Assembly: GCA_963707025.1 (NCBI GenBank)
Contig: CAVPOM010000007.1
Location: forward strand, 64,001-128,000
Length of the DNA: 64,000 bases
Source of the DNA: an uncultured Verrucomicrobiae bacterium
GTDB taxonomy: Bacteria > Verrucomicrobiota > Verrucomicrobiia > Limisphaerales > Palsa-1400
Direction of reading: 5' to 3'
In this document: piece by piece, positions 39,732 through 49,735 of the stretch
Position numbering within the stretch: position 1 is the stretch's first letter
Layout of the letters: the number at the start of each line of letters is the position of its first letter
Notes under the pieces: model-generated
Told to the model about the DNA's origin: nothing
The model's input: only the letters and a program-made list of their open reading frames with translations
Databases searched by the model: none
Position numbers and translations under genes: made by a program

Positions 39732-40055
39732 TCATTTGCATACTCCACATGAAAACTTGCCGCTATTGTTCGCGCGAGGACATACCCAGCGCACTCGGCC
39801 AGTATAACCAAGCTCCGGCTCTAACTCATCCAACTGAGCGTGCTTTCGGACGAGTGGTGCGCCGCTCGCCTCGCAAACTCCTGAAAATGGATGGCGCTTC
39901 ATAGCTGCCGAACGACCCTGGTTGCGCTGACGAGTCGCGAATACTGAGATGCGCTTCTTGACAGCGACCGGCTTGTGTGCCGCCGCAATTGCTCGCTTGA
40001 TAGAACGCTTGGCTGCCTCCGCCAACGCCTCGTCGTGTGAATCAAGCTTGAGCAT
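39732..40055 (-). CDS. Integron cassette ORF: hypothetical (degenerate HNH-like)
   Basis: 107 aa; CEASG..HAQLD..VCPRAN; preceded by GTTAGGC at 40075-40069. Confidence 0.7.
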   Translation of the reverse strand: MLKLDSHDEALAEAAKRSIKRAIAAAHKPVAVKKRISVFATRQRNQGRSAAMKRHPFSGVCEASGAPLVRKHAQLDELEPELGYTGRVRWVCPRANNSGKFSCGVCK

Positions 40056-40121
40056 ACTGAATCGTGACGCCTAACAGCATTTCGATTGAATTTTCACGGC
40101 CTGGTTCCGTTCATTTTTTAC

Positions 40122-40150
40122 ATTGGATGCTTGAAAAAAGCGTTTGTCAA
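40122..40150 (-). promoter_or_regulatory. Candidate sigma70 promoter driving the cassette array
   Basis: TTGACA-17 nt-TCCAAT pointing into the first cassette. Confidence 0.45.
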
Positions 40151-40184
40151 GGGCAATTATTGGCTGATCACATCGCAGGACGCC

Positions 40185-42899
40185 TTACCTCTCAAAACGC
40201 AAATAGACCGTCCCGTGATACGGCTCGGTCGCCAAAGGCGTGGTCGCCTGCGGCCCGGTCTGATTGGCGTTGTGAAACTTGTTGCCCATGGGCGGAATGT
40301 CCCGCACGACGGCGATATTGCCCGGCGGAAATTTCACCACCGTCTTCCCCGCCAATTTCTCCGGCGGAAATTCCGGCGTGCCGACGCGCACGAACGTGTT
40401 TTCGTCCGGGATCATCAGCGTGATCACTCCCTCGGTGGTCGTCAGCCGCAGCCAGCGCACATGCGCGAAATAACCGGCGAATTCCGGATAGACCCAGTCC
40501 TTGAAGCCCGTCTCGGTGGTGTTGAAGGCCGTTTCCCAGAGGCCGAAGGTGCCGCCCTTGAGCCGGTTGCGCCACACATGGTAAGGGCCATCCCCCAGCC
40601 AGGTCTTCTTGAGCATCTTTTCCTCGGGATAGTTGAAGGCCACGCCGACAAGATTGGTCTGCGCGGCCGGATCGCAGGTGTATTCCAGCTTGAGCCAGCC
40701 GGAACTGAGCATCGTCCATGTGGCCTGTGGAATCGGCCCGCTGCTCAACGAAATTTTCCGCCCGCGAACGCTCACGCTCACCAAACTGCCTTCTTCGACT
40801 GTGACCGTTGTGTTCGTGAATTTGTCTCCTGGATCTTGCGATGAGATGGTGCTTCTCGTTCCGCCGAAAATTATGCCACCACCATCGGGTGGGAACTGGG
40901 GCGCGAATTTCGCATTCGGCTGCAACCGCCAGACCCATGTCCACAATTCGCGCCCGCCGGGATCGCGCGCCGTCACCTCCAAGGCCTCGGCGTTCTTGCT
41001 TTTCCAATTCGCGGGCAGGCCAAGCCGCAATGTCCCGGAGCCGCCGGGCGCCACATCGGAGCCGGCGCAGGAGCCATTGGCAATCAGGAGTGAGCCGGGA
41101 AAGGGAGCGCCGCCGCCAGGCATCGGATCGAACCGCCGCAGCCGCCAGGTAAAGCTGCATTTGGAAAGGCTCGTGAACTCGTAACGATTCTCCACCGGCA
41201 GCGCGCCGTCGAAATCCGCCGGCAATGCGCGCGGCAGTTGCACCGGGGAATAAATCTCCTTGATCGTGTAAAAGCTGCCTTCCTTCTCCCGGTACGGCCC
41301 CATGATGCCGTCGGGGGCCCAGTTCCCCTTCACGTCAATTATATTATTGGAGTCATTGCGCACCACCCCTTCGTCGGCAAAGACCCAGAGGAAGCCGCCC
41401 GCCGACACTTTGCTGGCGCGCATGGCGTTCCAATAATCGTCCAGGCCCGCCCCCGCGCCGCCGTCGTAAAGGCCGTGCAGAAATTCCGTGGGCATCACGA
41501 TGTCCCGGCCCGCCAGCTCCTGCCCCAGCGCCCGCCAGTCCGGGTAATGCCTGTCAAGAATAGCACCGAACTTCCCTCCCCCGGGATGCACCACCGCCCG
41601 CTGCTGTGGATCGAGTTGGGCAAAGTCGCCGTCCAGATTGGTGTTCCAGCCCCCTTCGTTGGCGTTGTCCCAGAGCACGATGCAGGGATGGTTCACGTCG
41701 CGCGCAATCATGTCCTGCAACCGCGCCCGGCCGATCTCCGTGTCGTAGCGGTGCTGCCAGCCGCCCAGTTCGTCCAGCACGTAAACGCCCTGTTCATCGC
41801 AGTCATCCAGAAACGCCTCGTCCGGCGGATAATGCGACATGCGCGCCGCGTCCATGTTCATCTCCCGAATCAACCCGACATCCAGCCGGGCAATCCTGTC
41901 GGAAGAGGACCGTCCGAGCGTCGGCCAGGCGACGTGATGGCAAACGCCGCGGAACAGGACGCGCCGGCCATTGATATAAATGCCGTCGCCCGCCCGCACC
42001 TCGACGGTGCGAAACCCAAAACGCTGCCTCATTTCGTGCAGCACGGCCGCGCCCTGCTTGAGCCTGACCACGGCGGTGTAAAGCGCCGGCGTTTCCGCCG
42101 TCCACAACGACGGCCCCGTTACTTTAGTGTTGACATGTCCGGCCGTCACCGGCCCGGAGACTGGCGGCGCGGCGATTTTTCCCTGCGCGTCCTGAATTGT
42201 CACCTCCACCGCATCCGCCCCGCCTTCGCCGCCCGGATAATAATTCATGGCGAAAGAGCCGTCGGCGCGCGCGTCAATCGCCACCCGGTCCACGAACTGC
42301 GCCGGCTGGGCCTCCAGCCAGACGGGACGGAAGATGCCGCCAAAGACCCAGTAATCCGCGCTGCGCTCGGCATTGTTGACAGATGCGTCCGCCGACTTGT
42401 CGCTGACCGCGACTTCCAGCAAATTCTCCCCGGTGAATTTGATTTTTCCGGTGACATCATATTTAAAACGGTAGAAGGCGCCCTGATGCGGCGGCCCAGC
42501 TTCCTCGCCGTTGATTTTGACGGAGGCATCGGTCATCACGCCGTCGAAGACCAGGAAGACCCGCCGTCCGCGCCATTCGGCCGGGACCGCAAAGCGATGG
42601 CGGTACTGGCACTCGATCGGCGCGAAGCTTTTGTCCTCGAGGCCATAACGGAAGGTACCGAAACCCTGCGTTTCCCAGCAGGACGGCACGGCGATGTTTG
42701 TCCACAAGCCGCTGTTCCGGCCTTGCGAACAGAAGAATTCCCAGGGCACAGGGCTTTCGGCGTCGCGCCCGGAAAGATATTGCCGGATCGTCTCCTGCGC
42801 GGAGGCGGGCGTGGCGCGGCACAGCCAGCCGCCGCAGAGGAGGGCCGCCAGTAAACTGAAACAACCGGTTCTGGAATAGTTTTGTTTGGCGTTTTTCAT
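40185..42899 (-). CDS. Glycoside hydrolase family 2 (beta-galactosidase-like)
   Basis: DYWVFGGIFRPV, FGFRTVE, RMSHYPP, NHPCIVLWDNANE, TEFLH. Confidence 0.93.
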   Translation of the reverse strand: MKNAKQNYSRTGCFSLLAALLCGGWLCRATPASAQETIRQYLSGRDAESPVPWEFFCSQGRNSGLWTNIAVPSCWETQGFGTFRYGLEDKSFAPIECQYRHRFAVPAEWRGRRVFLVFDGVMTDASVKINGEEAGPPHQGAFYRFKYDVTGKIKFTGENLLEVAVSDKSADASVNNAERSADYWVFGGIFRPVWLEAQPAQFVDRVAIDARADGSFAMNYYPGGEGGADAVEVTIQDAQGKIAAPPVSGPVTAGHVNTKVTGPSLWTAETPALYTAVVRLKQGAAVLHEMRQRFGFRTVEVRAGDGIYINGRRVLFRGVCHHVAWPTLGRSSSDRIARLDVGLIREMNMDAARMSHYPPDEAFLDDCDEQGVYVLDELGGWQHRYDTEIGRARLQDMIARDVNHPCIVLWDNANEGGWNTNLDGDFAQLDPQQRAVVHPGGGKFGAILDRHYPDWRALGQELAGRDIVMPTEFLHGLYDGGAGAGLDDYWNAMRASKVSAGGFLWVFADEGVVRNDSNNIIDVKGNWAPDGIMGPYREKEGSFYTIKEIYSPVQLPRALPADFDGALPVENRYEFTSLSKCSFTWRLRRFDPMPGGGAPFPGSLLIANGSCAGSDVAPGGSGTLRLGLPANWKSKNAEALEVTARDPGGRELWTWVWRLQPNAKFAPQFPPDGGGIIFGGTRSTISSQDPGDKFTNTTVTVEEGSLVSVSVRGRKISLSSGPIPQATWTMLSSGWLKLEYTCDPAAQTNLVGVAFNYPEEKMLKKTWLGDGPYHVWRNRLKGGTFGLWETAFNTTETGFKDWVYPEFAGYFAHVRWLRLTTTEGVITLMIPDENTFVRVGTPEFPPEKLAGKTVVKFPPGNIAVVRDIPPMGNKFHNANQTGPQATTPLATEPYHGTVYLRFER

Positions 42900-42902
42900 A
42901 AA

Positions 42903-44033
42903 CTAGGTTGCCGGCAAAATTCCGGCCTCTTGCGCAACAGTTGAATCCTCCAGGGCCGGCTGCTGCTGGCTCAGGCAATGCAGTGTGCCAAAGCCCAGCA
43001 CCAAGTCCACCGCGTGAATCCCCACCACCGGCCGGTCCCGGAATAAATCCCCCAGGATGCCCAGGGCGATGCGGTCGTTGGGGTCGTTGAAGGTGGGCAC
43101 CAGGACCGCCGCGTTGCTGATGTAAAAATTGGCGTAGCTGGCCGGCAAACGGTAGCCGTCGTAAAAAATCGGCGCGGGCATGGGCAGCGCCACCACCTGG
43201 ATTTTTGCGCCGTCTTCCAGGCGCAGCCCCTCCAGCCGTTCCCGGTTCTCCGCCAGCGGCTCGTAATTGAGATCCTTGGGATTGCTCTCCTGCGCCAGCA
43301 CCACGGTGGTTGGATTGACAAACCGGCAGATGTCATCCACATGGCCGTGGGTGTCGTCCCCCGCCACCCCGCCCCCCAGCCAGAGCACATTGCTGGCCCC
43401 CAGATACCGCTCGAGCGTCAATTCTATTTCCTTCCGGCCCAGACCGGGATTGCGCGCCTGGGTTTTCTGATCCAGCAGGCATTCCTCAGTCGTCAGGAGA
43501 GTGCCCCGGCCATTGACCTCAATGGCGCCGCCTTCGAGGACAAAAGCCCGGCCTTGATACCCGGCCTGGAACAGACGTTTGCCCAGGCGCCTGGCCGCCA
43601 TTGCAGGCACCCGGCGGTCCTGCTGCCAATCCGGGTATTTGGCCCAGGCGTTGAAATGAAAATGCACAAACGCCGTTTCCGCCTTTCTTCCGCCCCGCCG
43701 CACACAGATCGGCCCGCTGTCGCGCATCCAGCCCCGGTTGGTCGGGTGGATGATGAATTCCACCCGCGCGACCTCGGCGTGCGCCTGGGTCAGCGTGCGG
43801 CGGGCCGCGCTTTCGTCGGCCTGGGAATTCACCAACAGCCGGACGAGTTCGCCCGGGCCGATTTTGCGGACCATTTCGCCGTAAACCCAGCGGATGGTGC
43901 TCATTTTGCGTGGCCAATCGGCGGGATGGTGCGGCCAGGCCAGCCAGGTGGCTTCATGCCGCTCCCATTCCGCCGGCATGGCAAATCCGAGGGACGCCGG
44001 AGTGCGCGCCGCCGTGGTTTTTTTCTCAGTCAT
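42903..44033 (-). CDS. aguA: Agmatine deiminase
   Basis: MPAEWE, WMRDSGP, EGGAIE, DDTHGHVD, GTLHCLSQQ. Confidence 0.93.
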   Translation of the reverse strand: MTEKKTTAARTPASLGFAMPAEWERHEATWLAWPHHPADWPRKMSTIRWVYGEMVRKIGPGELVRLLVNSQADESAARRTLTQAHAEVARVEFIIHPTNRGWMRDSGPICVRRGGRKAETAFVHFHFNAWAKYPDWQQDRRVPAMAARRLGKRLFQAGYQGRAFVLEGGAIEVNGRGTLLTTEECLLDQKTQARNPGLGRKEIELTLERYLGASNVLWLGGGVAGDDTHGHVDDICRFVNPTTVVLAQESNPKDLNYEPLAENRERLEGLRLEDGAKIQVVALPMPAPIFYDGYRLPASYANFYISNAAVLVPTFNDPNDRIALGILGDLFRDRPVVGIHAVDLVLGFGTLHCLSQQQPALEDSTVAQEAGILPAT

Positions 44034-44127
44034 CGCGCATTAGAATAAATGCAAGTAAAGGGTTGGCAAGCGGGGAAGGCGGCGTATATTCTCCGCCCAA
44101 TTCAGGAAACGGATGGAATTGAAAACT

Positions 44128-45331
44128 ATGAACACGAAGAGAACGAGCCGGCACCGCCAGGATTTGACCGAGGCGCCGGATTGGTTGCTGAAAAAGAAAT
44201 GCCCGCACCGGGAAAAATACCTGGCCGGCAAGCGCATTATGCCCAAGGGCATCACCGGCCGGGAAAAGTTCGCCGACCTGATGGATGACTGCTTCCTGGC
44301 CTACAATTCCGCCCGCCTGCGCGAGGTGTGCCGCTTGTTCACCACGCGCATGCTCAGAAGCGGACGTGACCATTGGCATGAGCTTGTCGGGCGCGTTGAC
44401 CCCGGCCGGCCTGGGCTGCTCCTCCATTGTCCCGTTGATCAAAGCCGGCTTCGTGGACTGGATAGTCAGCACCGGGGCCATTCTTTACCACGATCTGCAC
44501 TTCGCCCTGAATCTCCCCGTCCACGTCGGCAGCCACCTGTTTGACGACACCGATTTGCGCACCAACGACATCGTCCGCGTCTATGACGTCCTGTTGGGCT
44601 ACAGCGACTGCCTGATGGCCACGGACGAAATCCTCCGCGGCATTCTTATCCAGCCCGAATTCCAGAAGGAAATGGGCACGGCGGAATTGCACCACCTCAT
44701 TGGCCGCTACGCCGCCGAATGGGAGCGCAAGGCCGGCCTCAAGGACGTCTCCGTCATGGCCGCCGCCTATCGGGCCGGCGTCCCCTGCTACACCTCTTCG
44801 CCCGGCGATTCGACCATCGGGATGAACGTGGCCGGCGTGGAACTGCGCGGCAACAAGCTGCGGCTGAATCCGGCCATAGATGTCAATGAAACCACCGCCA
44901 TTGTCCTGGGCGCCAAGCGGGCCGGCGGCAAGAGCGGCGTCATGCTCCTGGGCGGCGGCAGCCCCAAGAATTTCATGCTCCAAACCGAGCCGCAGATTCA
45001 GGAAGTCCTGCGCATGCGGGAGTACGGCCAGGATTATTTCTTCCAGATCACCGACGCCCGCCCGGACACCGGCGGCCTGTCCGGCGCCACGCCCAGCGAG
45101 GCGGTCAGTTGGGGCAAGGTGGACCCGGATCGTTTGCCCGATGCCGTGGTCTGCTACACCGACACGAGCATCGCCCTGCCCATCATCACCCATTACGCGC
45201 TGGCCCGTCATACCAAACGCCCGCTCAAGCGCCTCTATGACCAGCGGCCCCAGTTGCTCAAGGCCTTGACCAGGGAGTATTTCGCCCACAACAAGGTGAA
45301 GATGATAGATGGCTCCGACCCGGTGATTTAG
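44128..45331 (+). CDS. Deoxyhypusine-synthase-like (homospermidine synthase-type) protein; apparent frameshift near 44356
   Basis: [42 protein letters not shown]. Confidence 0.9.
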
Positions 45332-45335
45332 CAGA

Positions 45336-46469
45336 ATGACCAAAAAACAGTTACAGCAGATCGCCGGCAAAGAGGGCACGCCGGTGGTGGTGATTGATCA
45401 CAACGTCCTGCGCGCCAATTACCGGGCCTTCCACCAACACCTGCCCCGCGTCCAGGCCTACTACGCCGTCAAGGCCAATCCCGACCCGGCCATCGTCCGC
45501 AGCCTCTACAAGATCGGGGCCAGCTTCGATGTGGCCTCCCTGGCCGAATTCAGGCTGGTTTACGAGAACATCCGGGGGCTGCCCGCCAGGGAGCAGCAGG
45601 ATTTCATCTGGGACAAAATCATTTTTGCCAATCCCACCAAGCCGCGCGAAACCCTGGAGGCGCTGGATCAATACAAGCCGCTGGTTACTTTCGACAACCT
45701 CAACGAGTTGCAGAAAATCAAGCGCTTCGCCCCGCACGCCGGCGTCGTCCTGCGCCTGCGCGTGCCCAACACCGGGTCGGTCGTCGAACTGTCCTCCAAA
45801 TTCGGGGCCGACCCCAGCGAGGCCGTCGCCCTCATTCAGGCGGCCTTCGACCTGGGATTGGTGGTCGAGGGACTCAGCTTCCACGTCGGCAGCCAGTGCA
45901 TGAACTTCGAGAACTTCGTCCAGGCCCTGAACATCTCGGCCAGCGTCATGCAGGAGGCCGAAGCCCGCGGCCACAAAATCAAAATTCTTGACATCGGCGG
46001 CGGCTTCCCCGCCCCTTATCATCGCGACGTCGAATCCATTGAAGTCCTCGCCCGGAAAATCAACGCCGAGATCCACCGTCTCTTTTCCAAGGACACCGAC
46101 CTCATCGCCGAACCGGGCCGCTTTGTGGTCGCCTCCGCCGCCACCTCCATCGCCAAGGTCATCGGCAAGGCCAGCCGCGACGGCAAGACCTGCTACTACA
46201 TTGACGACGGGGTTTACCACACCTTCTCGGGCATCATCTTCGATCATTGCCAGTACCACCTCAAAGCCTTCAAGCGCGGCCCAACCGAAATCTGCGCCGT
46301 CTTCGGGCAGACTTGCGACGCCCTGGACACCATCTCGCTGTCGGAGGATTTGCCCGATCTGCAATTGGATGACTTGGTCTATTGCGAAGCAATTGGGGCC
46401 TACAGCAACGCCTCCGCCACCTGGTTCAACGGCTTCGCCCCCGCCAAGGTGGTCCACATCAACGAATAA
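45336..46469 (+). CDS. Fold-type III PLP ornithine/lysine/arginine decarboxylase
   Basis: YAVKAN, FDVAS, SKFG, FHVGSQ, DIGGG, EPGR, TCDALD, GAY. Confidence 0.93.
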   Translation: MTKKQLQQIAGKEGTPVVVIDHNVLRANYRAFHQHLPRVQAYYAVKANPDPAIVRSLYKIGASFDVASLAEFRLVYENIRGLPAREQQDFIWDKIIFANPTKPRETLEALDQYKPLVTFDNLNELQKIKRFAPHAGVVLRLRVPNTGSVVELSSKFGADPSEAVALIQAAFDLGLVVEGLSFHVGSQCMNFENFVQALNISASVMQEAEARGHKIKILDIGGGFPAPYHRDVESIEVLARKINAEIHRLFSKDTDLIAEPGRFVVASAATSIAKVIGKASRDGKTCYYIDDGVYHTFSGIIFDHCQYHLKAFKRGPTEICAVFGQTCDALDTISLSEDLPDLQLDDLVYCEAIGAYSNASATWFNGFAPAKVVHINE

Positions 46470-46512
46470 ATGCGTTCTTGCTCACCGGCAGCCGGGGAGC
46501 TATCTTGGCCCC

Positions 46513-46746
46513 GTGAAAACAGCAACCATTCAGCAGGTGCCAGAGCGCTGGCCGGACATCTTGAAATGGGTGGCGTCCGGGGAAGAAGTTCAAATGACCG
46601 ACCGCGACAAGGTGGTTGCCAAACTGGTGCCCGCTGGGGCGACGCAGCCGGATTTCGTAGGCCGGGCCAAAGCCATTTGGGGTGAGAATCCTCCGGGCAA
46701 ATCCCTCAGCGCCATCGAGGCCGAAGCGCGCGGAGGCGAACGGTGA
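46513..46746 (+). CDS. Phd/YefM-like antitoxin
   Basis: VASGEEVQMTDRDKVVAKLVP; GTGA coupling to the PIN start. Confidence 0.8.
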   Translation: MKTATIQQVPERWPDILKWVASGEEVQMTDRDKVVAKLVPAGATQPDFVGRAKAIWGENPPGKSLSAIEAEARGGER

Positions 46747-46772
46747 TCTATTTGGACACCGGCTGTCTCGTA
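46743..46772 (+). pseudogene. VapC/PIN toxin, first 10 codons only
   Basis: MIYLDTGCLV, then an abrupt switch to low-GC DNA. Confidence 0.7.
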
Positions 46773-46965
46773 ACGTATAGTGTCCAGCGGACGACGCATA
46801 ATGTTGTGATCGTGGTCAATCACACGCTGATTTGACACCGCATTGGAGAATACATGCCGAAGCCTTTGCCCAGAGAAGATTTTCGCGCGGTGCGAATTGT
46901 TTTAGAGCCGAGCGACTTCGCACTCGGTTCGGAGCTTCCAGACCCGCCGCCGAGAGATTTGATTT

Positions 46966-48416
46966 CACAGCCATCCCACAGGAAATTGGAAAAGAGTGTT
47001 GGCTTGACCATTTGAACCTGCCACAAGGCAGGCATGAAAAACAAAAAAATCAAACCAACACGGTCCCGGTTTAACGTTTTGCGCCAGATTTGCAATCTCA
47101 TTCCTGCGCATGAAGTCTCCAAAATAGCGCGGGAGACCGGGGCTCTGGATAAGTCGCGCACCTTCAGTCCGTGGAGTCACACGGTCAGTTTGCTGGACGC
47201 GCAACTCACCCATTGCATCGGACTCAACGATCTGTGCGACTCGCTGCAATTGCATTCCGGGCCGCTGTCCACTTTGCGCGGCGCCAGCGCCCCCAGCCGC
47301 AACGGCCTCTCCCACGCCAACCGGGAGCGTCCGGCCCAGATGGCCGAACAACTCTTCTGGCGGGTCCTGGAGCATTTGAAAGCACAGACGCCCGGCTTTG
47401 CCGCGGGCCAGCGCCGTGGCCCCGCCTTCCGTTTCAAGATGCCCATCCATGTGATTGATAGCACGACCATGGAACTGGTGGCCAACTGCCTGGACTGGGC
47501 CAAGCACCGCCGGCGCAAGGCCGCCGCCAAAACCCATATGCGGTTGAATCTGCAGAATCTTTTGCCCGGTTTTGTCATTGTGGACACTGCCGCCGAGCAC
47601 GACAACCGACGGGCGCGGGAACTGTGCGCCGACTTGAAGAGCGGCGAAATCGCCTTGTTCGACAAGGGTTATGTGGACTTCGGCCACTTGCGGGATTTGG
47701 ACGGGCGCGGGGTCTTTTGGGTGACGCGGGCCAAGGAGAACATGGGCTATGAGGTGGTGCGGAAAATGCCCGCCTCCAGAGACCCGAAGATTTTGCGCGA
47801 CGAAGTGATCGTCCTGAGCAACGAGAACAAACCCGCGCCGGAGTTGATGCGCCGGGTGGTGGCGCTGGTCGAGATTGATGGAGAGGAACGGGAAATGACC
47901 TTCCTGACCAACAACCTGGAGTGGAGTCCGCGCAGCGTGGCCGACCTTTACCGCTGCCGCTGGCAGATCGAAGTCTTCTTCAAACAAATCAAGCAGACCT
48001 TGCAGTTGGCGGATTTTCTGGGCCACAACGCCAACGCCGTGCGCTGGCAGGTGTGGACGGCGCTGTTGACCTACGTGCTGTTGCGCTACCTCAGTCACCT
48101 CTCCAACTGGGCGCACAGCTTCACCCGGCTGTTCACGATTTTGCGGGCGGCGCTCTGGGAGAAATATGATCTGCTCAATTTGCTGGCGTGCTATGGGACA
48201 GCAGGCGGCAGCTTTCGCCACTTGGCGCGGCCCGAGCAGGCGTATTTCCCCGGCTTCCAATAAAGCTATGGGACAGCACACGCGCCCAAACAGGCGCATA
48301 CCAAACCCAAAAGCCAAACTCGGAAAAATCAAAATCTCATTTTACCCCGAAGACCAATTAAACCCTTGCAAATGAACAGGTCAGCACCAGACTTTTCCCC
48401 TTATGAGACGGGTGTG
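46966..48416 (+). mobile_element. IS4-family insertion sequence, copy 1 (1451 bp)
   Basis: Imperfect inverted repeats CACAGCCATCCCACA / TATGAGACGGGTGTG; 9-bp target duplication ATTTGATTT. Confidence 0.93.
47034..48263 (+). CDS. IS4-family DDE transposase
   Basis: IDST, FDKGY, YRCRWQIEVFFKQIK (YREK motif). Confidence 0.95.
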   Translation: MKNKKIKPTRSRFNVLRQICNLIPAHEVSKIARETGALDKSRTFSPWSHTVSLLDAQLTHCIGLNDLCDSLQLHSGPLSTLRGASAPSRNGLSHANRERPAQMAEQLFWRVLEHLKAQTPGFAAGQRRGPAFRFKMPIHVIDSTTMELVANCLDWAKHRRRKAAAKTHMRLNLQNLLPGFVIVDTAAEHDNRRARELCADLKSGEIALFDKGYVDFGHLRDLDGRGVFWVTRAKENMGYEVVRKMPASRDPKILRDEVIVLSNENKPAPELMRRVVALVEIDGEEREMTFLTNNLEWSPRSVADLYRCRWQIEVFFKQIKQTLQLADFLGHNANAVRWQVWTALLTYVLLRYLSHLSNWAHSFTRLFTILRAALWEKYDLLNLLACYGTAGGSFRHLARPEQAYFPGFQ

Positions 48417-49329
48417 ATTTGATTTCAGAAGAAACTTGGAATGATCTTGTCGGTTTGGCTGATGACGTTGCAATTCGCACGTCCAATGATTACGGAGCTA
48501 TTTTGAAGGAAGTCTCCGAATTTCACAGTGAATTGGTCTGTGTATCATTGGCGCTGCAAGACCTCGCAAGACAATCTGCCTGTGACGTTTCGGAATCTCC
48601 AATTTGTCACGTTCTGTGCTCCGCAAGCGAAGAACTTGCCGCTTCAATATACAATGCGTTAACAGGACATTATAGCATAGCATTTTCTGCACTTCGAACT
48701 GTCGTCGAGAATTTAACAATCGGATTACACTTGGAACTCTCCGGAGACCGGGCTCGGTTTCAATCTTGGCTTGCTGATGATGATTTGAGGTTCGGCTGGG
48801 CTGCCGACAACGCTCCCAGCAACAAGGCTGTTGGCGGCCTTGAGGCACATTTAGATGCGGCCATTGCGGACACTTTGTTTAGACAAAAAATCGGCGGGCT
48901 GTCCCGCCGGTGGTTTTGCTCGACGTCTTTTTGGAAAATTGTGCAAATACACACACGGCAGGCCGGGATTTACGGACGGTGATATGTGGGAGAGCAATGG
49001 GCCGGTCTTTGCCCCAAAGGCATTTCTCGAATGGGCTATTGCCTTCGTTCAAACCTATGCCTTTAGTCTCATAGCGTGTCATCTTAGCCAGCCGAATTTA
49101 CGCAGTCTTGGCAACTGGTCTCAACGGTCTCTGGAAGGTCTATTCAATCAGGCAGCCCGCAGGTTAAGGGCGCAGGATGACGGGGCGAAATTGTTTCAAA
49201 ATCTGCCATCCAATTTTTGGTGAAAAGGCCATCCAGGTCCTATCTGAACATTCTACTTTTCTGTCGAGAAGAAGTGCAAATGTATAAAGTTTCGATCTGA
49301 CCGCAGATTCATTTGGTGGGCACCTCAAA

Positions 49330-49735
49330 TCAAGGCACTGCCTTGTCCGCCGCTGCGAGTAACAAAGCGGTCGCTCGCATGGCCAAATCACGATCCGGAT
49401 CACAACTCAGCAACGCCTCCGAAAACTCTTCATCGAGCAACCGGAAGTCCCTCGAGATGCTCATACGGCGCAAGGCCCTTAATTGAACCTCAACTTTAGA
49501 GAAACTGTCCTTCTCGCGATCTGGGTGGGAAGCCTCTGCTTTAAAATGTACTATGGCGTTGCGAATTGAAAACACTGTATGCAACCGCCTCCTCAGGGGA
49601 ACAGGAAAGCGCCGTTTCGTGAAGACCTCGAACATCCAAGTGAGCTTGGCATCAACGCTTACCTCTCTTAGGAGGGATGTGACCTGACTCGCGGTCCATC
49701 CCTGGTTAGCCAGAATTTGCTGATAGATCGCATTT
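49330..49735 (-). pseudogene. HEPN-domain protein, 5'-truncated by IS
   Basis: Frame open up to the IS end; RNAIVH = Rx4H motif. Confidence 0.65.

Larger units (their letters stand above)
46854..49223 (+). pseudogene. HEPN-like helical protein interrupted by an IS (plus frameshift near 48888)
   Basis: MPKPLPRED...PPRDL|ISEETW rejoins in frame on IS removal; GHYSIAFSALRTVVE and LCKYTH motifs. Confidence 0.75.

Noticed and set aside
44340..44370. Programmed ribosomal frameshift in the DHS-like gene (antizyme-like polyamine control)
   Set aside because: No slippery site or stop codon at the shift; one of many similar indels, so an error is more parsimonious
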